From a virus (lineage: Duplodnaviria > Caudoviricetes), in the IMG/VR virus record IMGVR_UViG_3300046003_002580, positions 1 to 58,258 of that record: a stretch of DNA of 58,258 nt; one strand, written 5' to 3'. Below the pieces are notes generated by a model. It made no database searches, was not told the origin of the DNA, and saw only the letters and a program-made list of their open reading frames with translations. A program made the translations under genes and the position numbers. Positions 9,465-18,923 of the stretch are shown piece after piece (position 1 is the first letter of the stretch; the number at the start of each line of letters is the position of its first letter).

Positions 9465-9494
9465 AAAGGCTCCTATTTCGTTTACTATGCTAAT

Positions 9495-9523
9495 AGTATA
9501 ACATCATAAGAGCCCTGTGTCAA
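9495..9523 (-). promoter_or_regulatory. sigma70 promoter TTGACA-17-TATACT
   Basis: Consensus match upstream of the ligase. Confidence 0.8.
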
Positions 9524-9527
9524 CCAA

Positions 9528-10040
9528 TTATACGCCTAGATAGACTGCCCAGCTAGGGTGTGCCAAATGGAAACCACGCTTTCGGCGCTTTTCAACTAGA
9601 TCCCAAAAGTGTGGCTTGTAAGGAACCCGTGTTGGTTTCATTTTGGTGCTAGCGGCCTTGCGATAATTGCAGGGCTTGCAGGCTGTTGCTGAGTTTTCCC
9701 AAGTGGTCTTACCACCTTTGGAAACAGGCAGAACATGATCCAATGTGGCACTTTGATCTGTGACATGTGTGCCACAGTATTGGCAAAGGTACTCATCTCG
9801 CAAGAAGATGTTACGCTTGCTCAGGCGCATGGTGCTCTTGGGCTTTTGATAGTCGTGTAGCATGACCACGGCAGGCACACGAGTTTGCCAATTGGCGGAG
9901 TGAACCACCCAATCGTCATGCCACTCTAATACCTCGACTTTATTCAGAACGAGGTATCGTATGGATTCCTGCCAATCTACAATGCTTAGTGGTAGAAGGC
10001 TAACAGGTTGCATATCTGCGTTCAGTAATAGTGTACTCAT
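9528..10040 (-). CDS. HNH endonuclease (McrA-like)
   Basis: RD-x3-CQYCG...TLDHVLP-x-SKGG...WEN...ACKPCN. Confidence 0.9.
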   Translation of the reverse strand: MSTLLLNADMQPVSLLPLSIVDWQESIRYLVLNKVEVLEWHDDWVVHSANWQTRVPAVVMLHDYQKPKSTMRLSKRNIFLRDEYLCQYCGTHVTDQSATLDHVLPVSKGGKTTWENSATACKPCNYRKAASTKMKPTRVPYKPHFWDLVEKRRKRGFHLAHPSWAVYLGV

Positions 10041-10089
10041 TTTATTTCAATCCAAAAATTCCCATAGCCAAGTATTTAACTTGAGCTTC

Positions 10090-10136
10090 ATTATACACTC
10101 AGATTACTTGCAATGCAAGGAGTTTTCGTATAAACT
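10090..10136. promoter_or_regulatory. Overlapping divergent sigma70-like promoters (HNH on -, clpP on +)
   Basis: Minus: TTGCAT-17-TATAAT; plus: TTGCAA-17-TAAACT. Confidence 0.55.
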
Positions 10137-10178
10137 ATACAACACAGCGCAATTTTTAACTAAAGATAAAGGATATAC

Positions 10179-10766
10179 ATGTTAGTACCAATGGTAATTG
10201 AATCATCTAGCAAAGGCGAACGGGCCTACGACATCTTCAGTCGTTTGCTTAAAGAACGGATCATCATGCTAAATGGTCCTGTAGAAGATGGAATGGCCAA
10301 TCTAGTTGTTGCTCAATTGCTGTTCTTGGAAAGCGAGAACCCAGACAAGGACATCAACTTGTTTATCAACAGCCCGGGCGGTGTTATCACAGCCGGTATG
10401 GCCATCTATGATACCATGCAGTTCATCAAACCAGATGTAGCTACCTATGTTATGGGACAGGCTTGCTCAATGGGCAGCTTTCTAGCACAGGCAGGATGTG
10501 CCGGTAAGCGTCATATGTTGCCCTATGCAAGACACATGATTCATCAGCCTAGTGGCGGTGCTCGTGGTATGCAAAGCGACATTGAAATCCAATACAAAGA
10601 GATCACCAAGATGAAAAACATCTTGACTGAACTCTATGTCAAACATAATACCGCAGGCAAAACTTATCAAGACTTTGAGCGTGACATGGATCGTGACACA
10701 TTCATGTCAGCAGAAGAAGCATTGGCCTATGGACTGGTAGATAAAATCATCGACAAGAGGCCATAA
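10179..10766 (+). CDS. clpP: ATP-dependent Clp protease proteolytic subunit
   Basis: [18 protein letters not shown], catalytic ACSMG / MIHQP / DRD. Confidence 0.97.
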   Translation: MLVPMVIESSSKGERAYDIFSRLLKERIIMLNGPVEDGMANLVVAQLLFLESENPDKDINLFINSPGGVITAGMAIYDTMQFIKPDVATYVMGQACSMGSFLAQAGCAGKRHMLPYARHMIHQPSGGARGMQSDIEIQYKEITKMKNILTELYVKHNTAGKTYQDFERDMDRDTFMSAEEALAYGLVDKIIDKRP

Positions 10767-11140
10767 TGACTCCTACAGGTAAAATAGACAAGGGTTGGGG
10801 ATTTGAAATAGTATGGGCCAACAACGACAAGTATTGCGGCAAGATACTGGTGTTTGAACAAGCAGGAGCAAAGACCAGTCTAGTCTTACACAAAGAAAAA
10901 CGCAAGAGTTGGTTTGTAAATGCAGGTAAGTTTAAGCTGACCTATATAGATCCAACTAACGGAACTATGAATCAAAGTGTGTTAGACGAAGGAAAAACAG
11001 TTGACATAGCTGAACTATCAGCACATCAATTAGAAGCACTAGAACCCAACTCAATGATCTTTGAAGTAGGCAGTACTGATCTAGAAGATCGTATTAGGCT
11101 CGCGCCGGGTGACACGCAAACGAAGCAGTCAGCGCAGTAA
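10766..11140 (+). CDS. Cupin-like protein (degenerate mannose-6-phosphate isomerase type)
   Basis: [11 protein letters not shown]...YCGKIL...SL-x2-H. Confidence 0.65.
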   Translation: MTPTGKIDKGWGFEIVWANNDKYCGKILVFEQAGAKTSLVLHKEKRKSWFVNAGKFKLTYIDPTNGTMNQSVLDEGKTVDIAELSAHQLEALEPNSMIFEVGSTDLEDRIRLAPGDTQTKQSAQ

Positions 11141-12305
11141 TTAGATCTTCAATCATCCCATCATCGTGAAACGGAGTGGGAGCAATACGCAACCGCTCCG
11201 TTCCTACGGCAACAGTGGGACTGTTGATTGGCTGTATGTAGATGTTGTATTCGTTGAGCAGTTCATCGCTGATGGCTTTACAGCGTACAGCTTCTCCTAC
11301 TAGAATAGGTACGATGTGTGTGCTAGTACACTCCATTGCAGGCATGCCTGCCACACTTAATCGATGCTTTAGCTTACGAGCCCGTTCTTGATGTTTATCA
11401 CGGATCTCATTGTGATCCTTTAGGTACTTGACCGCAGCCAGGGCACCCGCACAGGCCACAGGGCTCATTGATGTTGTGAATATAAATCCCGCAGCTACAG
11501 AACGGATGGCGTCAATGACTTCTGCATCGGCAGCAATATAGCCACCTTGGACTCCATAGGCTTTCCCTAATGTACCATTGACTATGTCAATACGGGATTG
11601 TAGCCCAAGCTCTTCAACTTTCCCACCACCGTGGGGTCCATAGAGTCCTACCGCATGAACTTCATCAATATATGTCATTGCACCATAACGATCTGCTAGG
11701 TCACAGATCTCTTTGATGTGTCCAACATCGCCATCCATACTATAAACTGATTCAAATACTATACAGGGCACATTGCCTGTGAGTTGTATACTGGTTAATA
11801 TATCTTCTAGGTGATTGAGATCGTTGTGACGGAACACGGTCTTAGGCGCACGGCTATGTACCATGCCAACTACTAGACTGTTGTGATTCTCACTGTCCGA
11901 AACGAAATGTATGTTAGGTATGATCTTAGATAACGCTATCAATGTCCACTCGTTGGCCACATAGGCTGATGAGAACAGCAGGGCTTTGGCCTTGTTGTGC
12001 AGGGTGGCCAACTCGTGTTCTAGTGCCACATGATAGTGGCTGGTACCTGCTATGTTGCGAGTGCCTCCGCTGCCTGCTCCTGTGTGATCTAAGGCAGTAT
12101 GCATGGCATCTAACACAACTTTGTGCTGTCCCATACCTAGATAATCATTTGAACACCAGTTGGTGATGGTCTTGATGTTGTAGGGCCCGTACCACATGGC
12201 GTTAGGGAACTTGCCCTTTTCACGAATAATATCGTTAAACACACGGTATTTGCCCGTGTCTTTCAAAGTTTTTAGCAGAGCATTAAAGGGAGCTTTGTTT
12301 ATCAT
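11094..12305 (-). CDS. hemA: 5-aminolevulinate synthase (C4/Shemin pathway)
   Basis: [46 protein letters not shown] lysine in [23 protein letters not shown]. Confidence 0.93.
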   Translation of the reverse strand: MINKAPFNALLKTLKDTGKYRVFNDIIREKGKFPNAMWYGPYNIKTITNWCSNDYLGMGQHKVVLDAMHTALDHTGAGSGGTRNIAGTSHYHVALEHELATLHNKAKALLFSSAYVANEWTLIALSKIIPNIHFVSDSENHNSLVVGMVHSRAPKTVFRHNDLNHLEDILTSIQLTGNVPCIVFESVYSMDGDVGHIKEICDLADRYGAMTYIDEVHAVGLYGPHGGGKVEELGLQSRIDIVNGTLGKAYGVQGGYIAADAEVIDAIRSVAAGFIFTTSMSPVACAGALAAVKYLKDHNEIRDKHQERARKLKHRLSVAGMPAMECTSTHIVPILVGEAVRCKAISDELLNEYNIYIQPINSPTVAVGTERLRIAPTPFHDDGMIEDLITALTASFACHPARA

Positions 12306-12347
12306 AGTTGAGTATTTACCGCTAAATATTACACTGGGGATTTTGAA

Positions 12348-12581
12348 ATGGATATTATACGATTAGATGTGCCACTGTTTATACGCTTAATGGAGTTGGC
12401 TCGCGAAGATGTCAAACAGGATGCAGACCTACACGATGTTGCAGAAGCTGTGATCAAGCTGAGTCAAGAAGGCGTAGCCACTATGGCAGACTATGATCAG
12501 ATCGTAGCATTTATGCAAAAGCAAGGTGATCCTGCCACTGAAGAAATCGCTCGTATCAAACAACTAGGTGGTATGCAATAA
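12348..12581 (+). CDS. Hypothetical phage protein
   Basis: [15 protein letters not shown]; TAAATA upstream. Confidence 0.65.
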   Translation: MDIIRLDVPLFIRLMELAREDVKQDADLHDVAEAVIKLSQEGVATMADYDQIVAFMQKQGDPATEEIARIKQLGGMQ

Positions 12582-13009
12582 TGGCCACAATTAACTACTG
12601 GGGACTATCAAAGAAAGGGTCAGTAACTGTGAACCTAACTGTTACTATTGATCAGTTGATCACAGCTATTGCCACTGACGAAGCATTGGCCACAGAATAT
12701 TACACTGTCAGCAGCCTATACGATCCCAGCAAAAGCAGTCTTACTTATGGCGACAGCTCCACTACACTCACACAGTTAGGACTGGTAGATGGTGGAACTG
12801 TACTATGCACCACTAATCAGGTTGGCAGTAAACAAGAACGACAAGTGGCAAAATTAGCGATCGCAGCAAAGAAACGCTCATTAACCGACAGATACTATGC
12901 ATTAACCATTGATAACTTGCCCACAAAATACACAGGCAATGCTGTCACAGATAATGCCAATGTGGGCGGATTGGTTGCTGGCCGTCCTTGGTCGGCCGCC
13001 CTTGGATAA
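12581..13009 (+). CDS. Hypothetical protein with putative ubiquitin-like (beta-grasp) N-terminal domain
   Basis: Residue pattern aligns by eye to ubiquitin; C-terminal LPTKY...GGL-x2-GRPW. Confidence 0.5.
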   Translation: MATINYWGLSKKGSVTVNLTVTIDQLITAIATDEALATEYYTVSSLYDPSKSSLTYGDSSTTLTQLGLVDGGTVLCTTNQVGSKQERQVAKLAIAAKKRSLTDRYYALTIDNLPTKYTGNAVTDNANVGGLVAGRPWSAALG

Positions 13010-13069
13010 AAAAGAAAACAAATGAGCTTCCTAGTTGCTGTTCGTCCTTGGATTTAATAAGTAAATTTT

Positions 13070-13471
13070 ATGTACAGAAAATATATCAACATTGTAGAAG
13101 CAGCCAACAAGGGCTGTCCTATTGCCACACACGATCTAGAAGTAAATGTGAAAAACAGACAGACTGCTATTGACAAACACCACTACGGTCCTGCCAATCC
13201 TGATGAGCCTGGCAACTATTGGAAAGACGCAGCCAAGCAGTGGGATATAAACGAAAAGACTGCCAAGACAATGACCTGTGGTAATTGTGCGGCATTCAAC
13301 ATCACCGATGCAATGTACAAGTGCATACACGACGGAATGGGCGCAGAGGCATACGAAGCAGAGAAAACTCGCGAAGCAGCTGATCTAGGCTACTGTACTC
13401 TACTACACTTTAAATGTGCTGGAACCCGTAGCTGTCAACTTTGGATCACTGGCGGACCTATTGTAAAATAA
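13070..13471 (+). CDS. Cys-rich hypothetical protein (HiPIP-like Cys spacing), possibly capsid-targeted
   Basis: CGNCAAF...GYC...FKC...SC-x2-W; N-terminus MYRKYINIVE. Confidence 0.6.
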   Translation: MYRKYINIVEAANKGCPIATHDLEVNVKNRQTAIDKHHYGPANPDEPGNYWKDAAKQWDINEKTAKTMTCGNCAAFNITDAMYKCIHDGMGAEAYEAEKTREAADLGYCTLLHFKCAGTRSCQLWITGGPIVK

Positions 13472-13481
13472 GGAGCGAACC

Positions 13482-13640
13482 TTGGAAGATAACGACACAA
13501 GCTATCAAAGATTAAAACCTAAATGTGTATGCTGGTGCACCGGACACTGCGGATCAAGTTGTATGACAGATGATTGCGATTGTAATGAATGCCAGTGTAG
13601 TGATTGTCTAGACAAAAATGACAACCGTGGTTATAACTGA
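13482..13640 (+). CDS. Metallothionein-like 52-aa peptide (not in the ORF track)
   Basis: SD AAGGAG plus TTG start; 10 Cys in CxC clusters. Confidence 0.65.
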   Translation: MEDNDTSYQRLKPKCVCWCTGHCGSSCMTDDCDCNECQCSDCLDKNDNRGYN

Positions 13641-14259
13641 TAGTCAGTTTGACTCTAACGGTTACTGGACAAATCCTGTAGAAAAGATAATCTATCTTCC
13701 TACTCCTGAAGATGTTGCTCTATTTGATCAGAATGGTTATGACCTCACTGATCTAGAAAAGCACTATGCCTACAGCAATTGGAACAAGCCCAAGAAACAT
13801 CGCGAACATCGTATGGCGCTTAAACAGCCTTGGTTCACACAAGAACACACACTAGAAGGTGCAGTACTGAACCACAGTCTACTATTTGAACGCAAAGGTT
13901 ACGCAGGTGCTGCCCTAGAAGAATTAGAGCATTGGGCACGAGCACTGCCCCTAATCAATAAAGTAATTGCCATACGCCCCAAGTGGGGATTAGACTTCTC
14001 AATGGACTATGTTGACCGACAGGGCAATGCCTTTGAAGTTCTGCATTGGGAATGGGACAGCTTTAACTATGAAGAGATACAGGCTGTTAAATTAGAGATA
14101 GAGCCCGTGCTGGCTGCAATTGATTGGCAAGATGCAGCACAGAATATCCTAGCTAAGAAAGATTCATGGCATCACTTAGACTTCTTTGCTCAGAGTGCGT
14201 GGAAGTGCAACTACTTTGGTGTACCCGAAGAACGATTCAAAATGGTTGCTTGGCGATAA
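13618..14259 (+). CDS. Hypothetical phage protein
   Basis: Long ORF, FDQNGYDLT...PKWGLDFSMDY. Confidence 0.7.
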   Translation: MTTVVITDSQFDSNGYWTNPVEKIIYLPTPEDVALFDQNGYDLTDLEKHYAYSNWNKPKKHREHRMALKQPWFTQEHTLEGAVLNHSLLFERKGYAGAALEELEHWARALPLINKVIAIRPKWGLDFSMDYVDRQGNAFEVLHWEWDSFNYEEIQAVKLEIEPVLAAIDWQDAAQNILAKKDSWHHLDFFAQSAWKCNYFGVPEERFKMVAWR

Positions 14260-14283
14260 ATAATAGCACTTATTGGAGTTGAT

Positions 14284-14724
14284 ATGAAAAGATTTTTATT
14301 ATTGTTGTTGGCAGTACCTACACTAGCATTTGCACAAGGCAAGATGCCTGCAAAGTCAGCAACATACGATGCACAAGTTATTAGAGTGAGTGATGGCGAT
14401 ACTATTGTAATCGCCGCCCCCTTTCTCCCACAGCCGCTCAAACCTGAACTTGCTGTTAGAATCTACGGAGTTGACACACCCGAAAAAGGACACAGAGCTC
14501 AATGTCCACAAGAAGACCAGCGAGCGCAATTGGCGAGTAAATTTACAACTCAAGCCTTACAATCCCACCCAAAGCACCAGGTTATTATCTATGGATGGGA
14601 TAAGTTTGGTGGCCGTATACTGGGAGACATCTTGGTAAACGGACAGAGCATTCGTCAAGGACTTATCAGCAATGGTCATGCCCGTGAGTATTACGGTGAC
14701 GCTAAACAAAGCTGGTGCAATTAA
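14284..14724 (+). CDS. Thermonuclease (staphylococcal nuclease-like), secreted
   Basis: Signal peptide; DGDT, RIYGVDTPE, DKFGGRILG. Confidence 0.9.
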   Translation: MKRFLLLLLAVPTLAFAQGKMPAKSATYDAQVIRVSDGDTIVIAAPFLPQPLKPELAVRIYGVDTPEKGHRAQCPQEDQRAQLASKFTTQALQSHPKHQVIIYGWDKFGGRILGDILVNGQSIRQGLISNGHAREYYGDAKQSWCN

Positions 14725-14726
14725 TT

Positions 14727-14837
14727 TAAGAACAGAACATCTACCTTAGGAACGCTTGCGTTACTTAGATGTGCCCGGCTGCTGGGCAGAGCGTTATGGG
14801 AGTCGTGCCCCGGAATGGCGTTCTTAGTGAGCACTAA
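14727..14837 (+). ncRNA. Candidate structured RNA of unknown family
   Basis: GC-richer intergenic stretch with several nested stems and complementary loops. Confidence 0.5.
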
Positions 14838-14851
14838 TATAAAGAACTGTG

Positions 14852-15496
14852 ATGAAAAAGATAGCATTATTCTTGCATCAACCCAAGTGCAGTGTGCAAA
14901 GCGGCAATGGGATTATGACAGCACTCAGTTCTCATTACAGTTTTAAAATCTTTACCCGCCACGAAGTTGAGCGGGATTTCTTTGACGATGTAGACTGTGT
15001 TTGCATACCTGGAGGCATAGGAGATGCCAGCAGCTTTGATTACCTGTTCAGCGAGAACGGACCAGCTGTTAAAAGATTTGTTAAAGGTGGCGGCCGGTAT
15101 CTAGGCATCTGTATGGGAGCCTATTGGGCCGAACATCACTATCTTGATCTACTCAAAGACATTCGTGCTGAACAATACATCACTCGTCCAGGTGCTGACA
15201 CACGCAGGCCACACGCCAAGAATCAACGAGTGCTGTGGAATGGTCAAGAAGAGACAATGTTCTTTTATGATGGCTGTGCTCTAGTAGGCGCAGGCATTGA
15301 CACAGCCAAGATATGGAGTCTGTACCCCAACGGTGACCCAATGGCTGTCATACAAGGCAATGTAGGCATCATGGGCTGTCATCCGGAAAGTGAAAGACAT
15401 TGGTATGAAAGTTATAGTTGGATGAATGGCTGTTATCACAATGGTAACCACCACAAATTATTATTAGACTTTGTTGATGAATTGATGACTTCGTAA
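14852..15496 (+). CDS. BPL_N / class I glutamine amidotransferase-like protein
   Basis: IPGG...GGRYLGICMGAY...GCHPE triad. Confidence 0.8.
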   Translation: MKKIALFLHQPKCSVQSGNGIMTALSSHYSFKIFTRHEVERDFFDDVDCVCIPGGIGDASSFDYLFSENGPAVKRFVKGGGRYLGICMGAYWAEHHYLDLLKDIRAEQYITRPGADTRRPHAKNQRVLWNGQEETMFFYDGCALVGAGIDTAKIWSLYPNGDPMAVIQGNVGIMGCHPESERHWYESYSWMNGCYHNGNHHKLLLDFVDELMTS

Positions 15497-15510
15497 TCGT
15501 AGTGTAATCG
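15491..15510 (+). promoter_or_regulatory. Candidate Pho box
   Basis: GTAATCG repeated at 11-nt spacing (15493, 15504), ending ~11 nt before a -10-like TAAATA. Confidence 0.4.
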
Positions 15511-15529
15511 AATATTCGTTAAATATTTG

Positions 15530-16414
15530 ATGCAAAAGACTTATCGTAGTATTTTTGTAAGCGATGTCCACTTAGGTACCAAAGACTGCAAGGCTGGACA
15601 ACTAAATAATTTCCTCAAGCATAATAGTTGTGACACACTATACCTTGTGGGAGATATAATCGACGCTTGGAAGATTCAACAGAACAAATGGCGTTGGAAA
15701 CAAAGCCATACTAATGTGGTACGCAGAGTATTAGGCCACGCCAAGCGTGGTACTAGAGTTATATTCATAGCAGGCAATCACGATGAGTTCCTAAGACCCA
15801 TGATACCCTATGGTTTCTCATTTGGACTAGTAGAAATACACAATCAAATAGAACACATTGGTGCCGATGGTAAACACTATCTTGTAGTACACGGAGACCT
15901 GTTTGATGGCATTACCCGACTGGCACCGTGGATAGCATTCCTAGGAGACAAAGCATATGATGTTGTTCTTGCACTCAACAATAAATTTAATTGGGTTCGT
16001 CGCCGCATGGGTTTTGGGTACTTTAGCCTTAGCAAGTATCTTAAGTACAAAGTTAAAAAAGCAGTAGACTTTGTATTCAAGTTTGAAGAAAATCTAGCAG
16101 GCTATTGTAAGAAGCGTGGATTTGATGGCGTTATCTGCGGGCATATACACCATGCTGAGATTAAAGAGATCAACGGTGTCACATACATGAATGACGGTGA
16201 CTGGGTTGAATCATGCACAGCATTAGTTGAGCATCATGATGGCCGCTGGGAAATCATAACTTGGACCAAGGAGACGGATAATGTGGCTATTGATACTGAC
16301 AGCGATACATATAAACGATCCCCAGGATCAGCCGGGAAGAATCGAACTCCAGTTCCAAGATCAAAAGACCTGCGAGCAAGCCCTAAGCAGCCTCAAGTGG
16401 CAGCTGAAGTTTAA
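15530..16414 (+). CDS. Metallophosphoesterase, PlcP/LpxH2-like (UDP-2,3-diacylglucosamine hydrolase family)
   Basis: SDVHLG, GDIID, GNHD, HGD, CGHIH, NDGDWVESCTALVE. Confidence 0.88.
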   Translation: MQKTYRSIFVSDVHLGTKDCKAGQLNNFLKHNSCDTLYLVGDIIDAWKIQQNKWRWKQSHTNVVRRVLGHAKRGTRVIFIAGNHDEFLRPMIPYGFSFGLVEIHNQIEHIGADGKHYLVVHGDLFDGITRLAPWIAFLGDKAYDVVLALNNKFNWVRRRMGFGYFSLSKYLKYKVKKAVDFVFKFEENLAGYCKKRGFDGVICGHIHHAEIKEINGVTYMNDGDWVESCTALVEHHDGRWEIITWTKETDNVAIDTDSDTYKRSPGSAGKNRTPVPRSKDLRASPKQPQVAAEV

Positions 16415-16451
16415 AAATTTTAAGGTGGTAGGCGAATGCAAACGACAATAA
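16281..16451 (+). CDS. Small 56-aa protein overlapping the 3' end of the plcP-like gene
   Basis: SD AAGGAG; MWLLILTAI...C...C. Confidence 0.5.
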   Translation: MWLLILTAIHINDPQDQPGRIELQFQDQKTCEQALSSLKWQLKFKNFKVVGECKRQ

Positions 16452-17152
16452 GCGATAAAATTACCATAGTGGTACCCTGCAAGAATGAGGAGAACTACAT
16501 ACACCATTTGTTAAATTCTCTACGCAGTCAAGATATAGGTGACACTAGAATCATCATTGCTGACTGTTCTACCGACCACACACGACAGGTTATACAAGAC
16601 AACAAGGGTTTGTTAAATGTAGAAATTATTGAGGGAGGTCCTGTGTCCTTAGCCAAGAACCGTGGAGCACAACTGGTTAACACTCCCTACATATTATTCA
16701 TTGATGCTGATGTTCGATTTTTCAAGAACACAGTTATCCAAGATGCTGTTAACCTAATAGACAGTAAGAATCTTGACCTTATAGGATTGAATATCAAATG
16801 CTATGACAAGGACCTTAGAGCAAAGATTGGATTCACTGCATTTAACCTAATCAATCACGCACTAAAACATTTCTCACCCTTCGCTGTGGGCGCATTCATG
16901 TTGACACGCAGAGATCGTTTTGAACAGTTTGGGGGTTTCCCTGAACAGTTTTCAACCAGCGAAGACTTTTTCTTGAGCCGCAAGTACAGCCCAAAGAAGT
17001 TTAGAATTGTTCGTCATCACTTCGGTCAAGACAGTCGCAGGTTCAAGAAGATGGGCTATATGGGTATGGCCAAGTATCTGGTCAAGAACTTTATGAATCG
17101 CAACAACCAAGCCTACTGGGACAAGTTAGATTCATCTAGGTACTGGAGTTAG
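16436..17152 (+). CDS. Glycosyltransferase family 2
   Basis: IVVPCKNEE, D-x-STD, ILFIDAD, FGGF...SED. Confidence 0.9.
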   Translation: MQTTISDKITIVVPCKNEENYIHHLLNSLRSQDIGDTRIIIADCSTDHTRQVIQDNKGLLNVEIIEGGPVSLAKNRGAQLVNTPYILFIDADVRFFKNTVIQDAVNLIDSKNLDLIGLNIKCYDKDLRAKIGFTAFNLINHALKHFSPFAVGAFMLTRRDRFEQFGGFPEQFSTSEDFFLSRKYSPKKFRIVRHHFGQDSRRFKKMGYMGMAKYLVKNFMNRNNQAYWDKLDSSRYWS

Positions 17153-17725
17153 AACTAGTTCATAGAGTTCACGCCAGTTCTTGACCACAGGGTATGAACA
17201 TTCATGATGCATATTGTGTCCGTGCTCAATAAGGATTGAGCGTAGTCCTAGATAGTAACCAACATCGGCATTGGCCGGCTTGTCTTCAATCCACCACATG
17301 CCACTGTTCTTGTACGGAGCCAGTGCTGAATCTTTATCTGCACCTGTATCCAAACAAATAACACTTTCAATGGCATTGCCAAACAACTTGCGCAGATTCA
17401 TTTCACGCAGTTTGCCTGCGTTCTTGTCTAGACTTAGGCTTGTGATAACACGGAATTCATAACCGTGTTCTTCGTGCAGTCTTTTAACATAGTAGGCAGC
17501 ATCACGCAGTGCAGGAAGGAAGCCAATGGCCGCGGATTCGTTGAAAGTCTTTACTACTTTCTTAGAGTCTTTTTCTTCTAGCTCTGCATAGTGGTGATGT
17601 AGATAATAGCTTTTCTTATTATCTGCTGTTAGCGTATAACCGCGTTCTTGCATCCAAACTGAGAATGCCCATTCCCAATCTAGTAAAACACCGTCTGCGT
17701 CTGTGAGTATAAGTTTGTTTTTCAT
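17132..17725 (-). CDS. HAD-superfamily phosphatase (5'(3')-deoxyribonucleotidase-like)
   Basis: DADGVLLDW, VITS, WIEDK. Confidence 0.8.
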   Translation of the reverse strand: MKNKLILTDADGVLLDWEWAFSVWMQERGYTLTADNKKSYYLHHHYAELEEKDSKKVVKTFNESAAIGFLPALRDAAYYVKRLHEEHGYEFRVITSLSLDKNAGKLREMNLRKLFGNAIESVICLDTGADKDSALAPYKNSGMWWIEDKPANADVGYYLGLRSILIEHGHNMHHECSYPVVKNWRELYELVLTPVPR

Positions 17726-17730
17726 ACCAT

Positions 17731-17759
17731 ATTATAGCATAATTTAACCTTTGTGTCAA
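17731..17759 (-). promoter_or_regulatory. sigma70 promoter TTGACA-17-TATAAT; leaderless mRNA likely
   Basis: Perfect consensus; ATG 5 nt past the -10. Confidence 0.8.
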
Positions 17760-17774
17760 CGGGCTAAGTAAAAG

Positions 17775-18479
17775 ATGACTATAATAATCGCAACTTTGGT
17801 GATGGTTCAAATTACCATTGCCTGTGTTACTCTATTCCTACATAGAAGCCAGGCACACAGAGCAGTACAATTCCACCCTGTCGTAGAACATTTTATGCGT
17901 TTTTGGCTTTGGCTAACAACAGGAATGGTAACCAAACAATGGGTGGCTATTCACCGCAAGCATCACCAGAAAAGTGATCAGGAAGGTGATCCACACAGTC
18001 CACAGATCTACGGCATTTGGCGTGTGCTATTCAAAGGCTGGATCTTGTATCACGATGCCAGCAAAGACACAGCTATGGTCGAGAAACTAGGTGTTGGTAC
18101 ACCTGATGACTGGATTGAGCGTAAACTTTATACTCCACACAGCCGCTTAGGGATTCTAATCATGTTGGTCATAGACCTTGTTGTTTTTGGCCCTATCGGA
18201 CTAGTAGTGTGGGGTATTCAAATGATTTGGATCCCTATGTGGGCAGCAGGAGTAGTCAACGGACTAGCACATTGGGTTGGCTATCGCAACACCGATACCA
18301 AAGACACCAGTCGTAATCTAGTGCCTTGGGGCATATGGATTGGCGGGGAAGAACTACACAACAATCATCACGCAGATGGAGCAAGTGCCAAGTTCAAACA
18401 TCGTTGGTGGGAAATTGATATAGGTTGGATCTACATTCAGATACTGTCAACGCTAGGATTAGCAACAGTAAGAGCATAA
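17775..18479 (+). CDS. Fatty acid (acyl-CoA delta-9) desaturase
   Basis: His boxes HRSQAH, HRKHH, HNNHH; TM helices. Confidence 0.93.
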   Translation: MTIIIATLVMVQITIACVTLFLHRSQAHRAVQFHPVVEHFMRFWLWLTTGMVTKQWVAIHRKHHQKSDQEGDPHSPQIYGIWRVLFKGWILYHDASKDTAMVEKLGVGTPDDWIERKLYTPHSRLGILIMLVIDLVVFGPIGLVVWGIQMIWIPMWAAGVVNGLAHWVGYRNTDTKDTSRNLVPWGIWIGGEELHNNHHADGASAKFKHRWWEIDIGWIYIQILSTLGLATVRA

Positions 18480-18480
18480 G

Positions 18481-18504
18481 AAAAAGCACCCGAAGGTGCT
18501 TTTT
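18481..18504. terminator. Bidirectional intrinsic terminator
   Basis: AAAAAGCACC-CGAA-GGTGCTTTTT between convergent genes. Confidence 0.85.
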
Positions 18505-18560
18505 CATTCTCTACTACAATATATACCGCTATGCGGCTAATGAACTTTATAAACTAATAT

Positions 18561-18833
18561 TTACTTCTTAGCGCCAGCATTGACAAATGCGTACATTTTC
18601 TCTGCTGTTTCTAGAACTTTGTCTAGTCCTGGAAAAGTTGGCATGTCTACTTTGGTAACGATCTGACCAGTCTTCTCGTCACGAGTAGCAGTCATTTCCC
18701 AACCTTGGAACTTGGCTTGGAAGTCGTCTTGTACTAGGCTCTTGGCCATGCCCAAGATATCTGTACGGATTTCATAACCGTTCTTGTTGAATTTAACTTC
18801 TGGTAGCTTTGGTGCTGTAAAAATTTCTGACAT
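18561..18833 (-). CDS. Hypothetical phage protein
   Basis: SD AGGAG; KNGYEIRTDILGMAK...AEKMYAFVN. Confidence 0.7.
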   Translation of the reverse strand: MSEIFTAPKLPEVKFNKNGYEIRTDILGMAKSLVQDDFQAKFQGWEMTATRDEKTGQIVTKVDMPTFPGLDKVLETAEKMYAFVNAGAKK

Positions 18834-18923
18834 AATAATCTCCTGTGTGTTAATGTCTGTTGCTAACAACTACTTCTTTTTCGCTGTTGACTTATTATAT
18901 ATGCTCTGTGACAGAAAAGCAAC

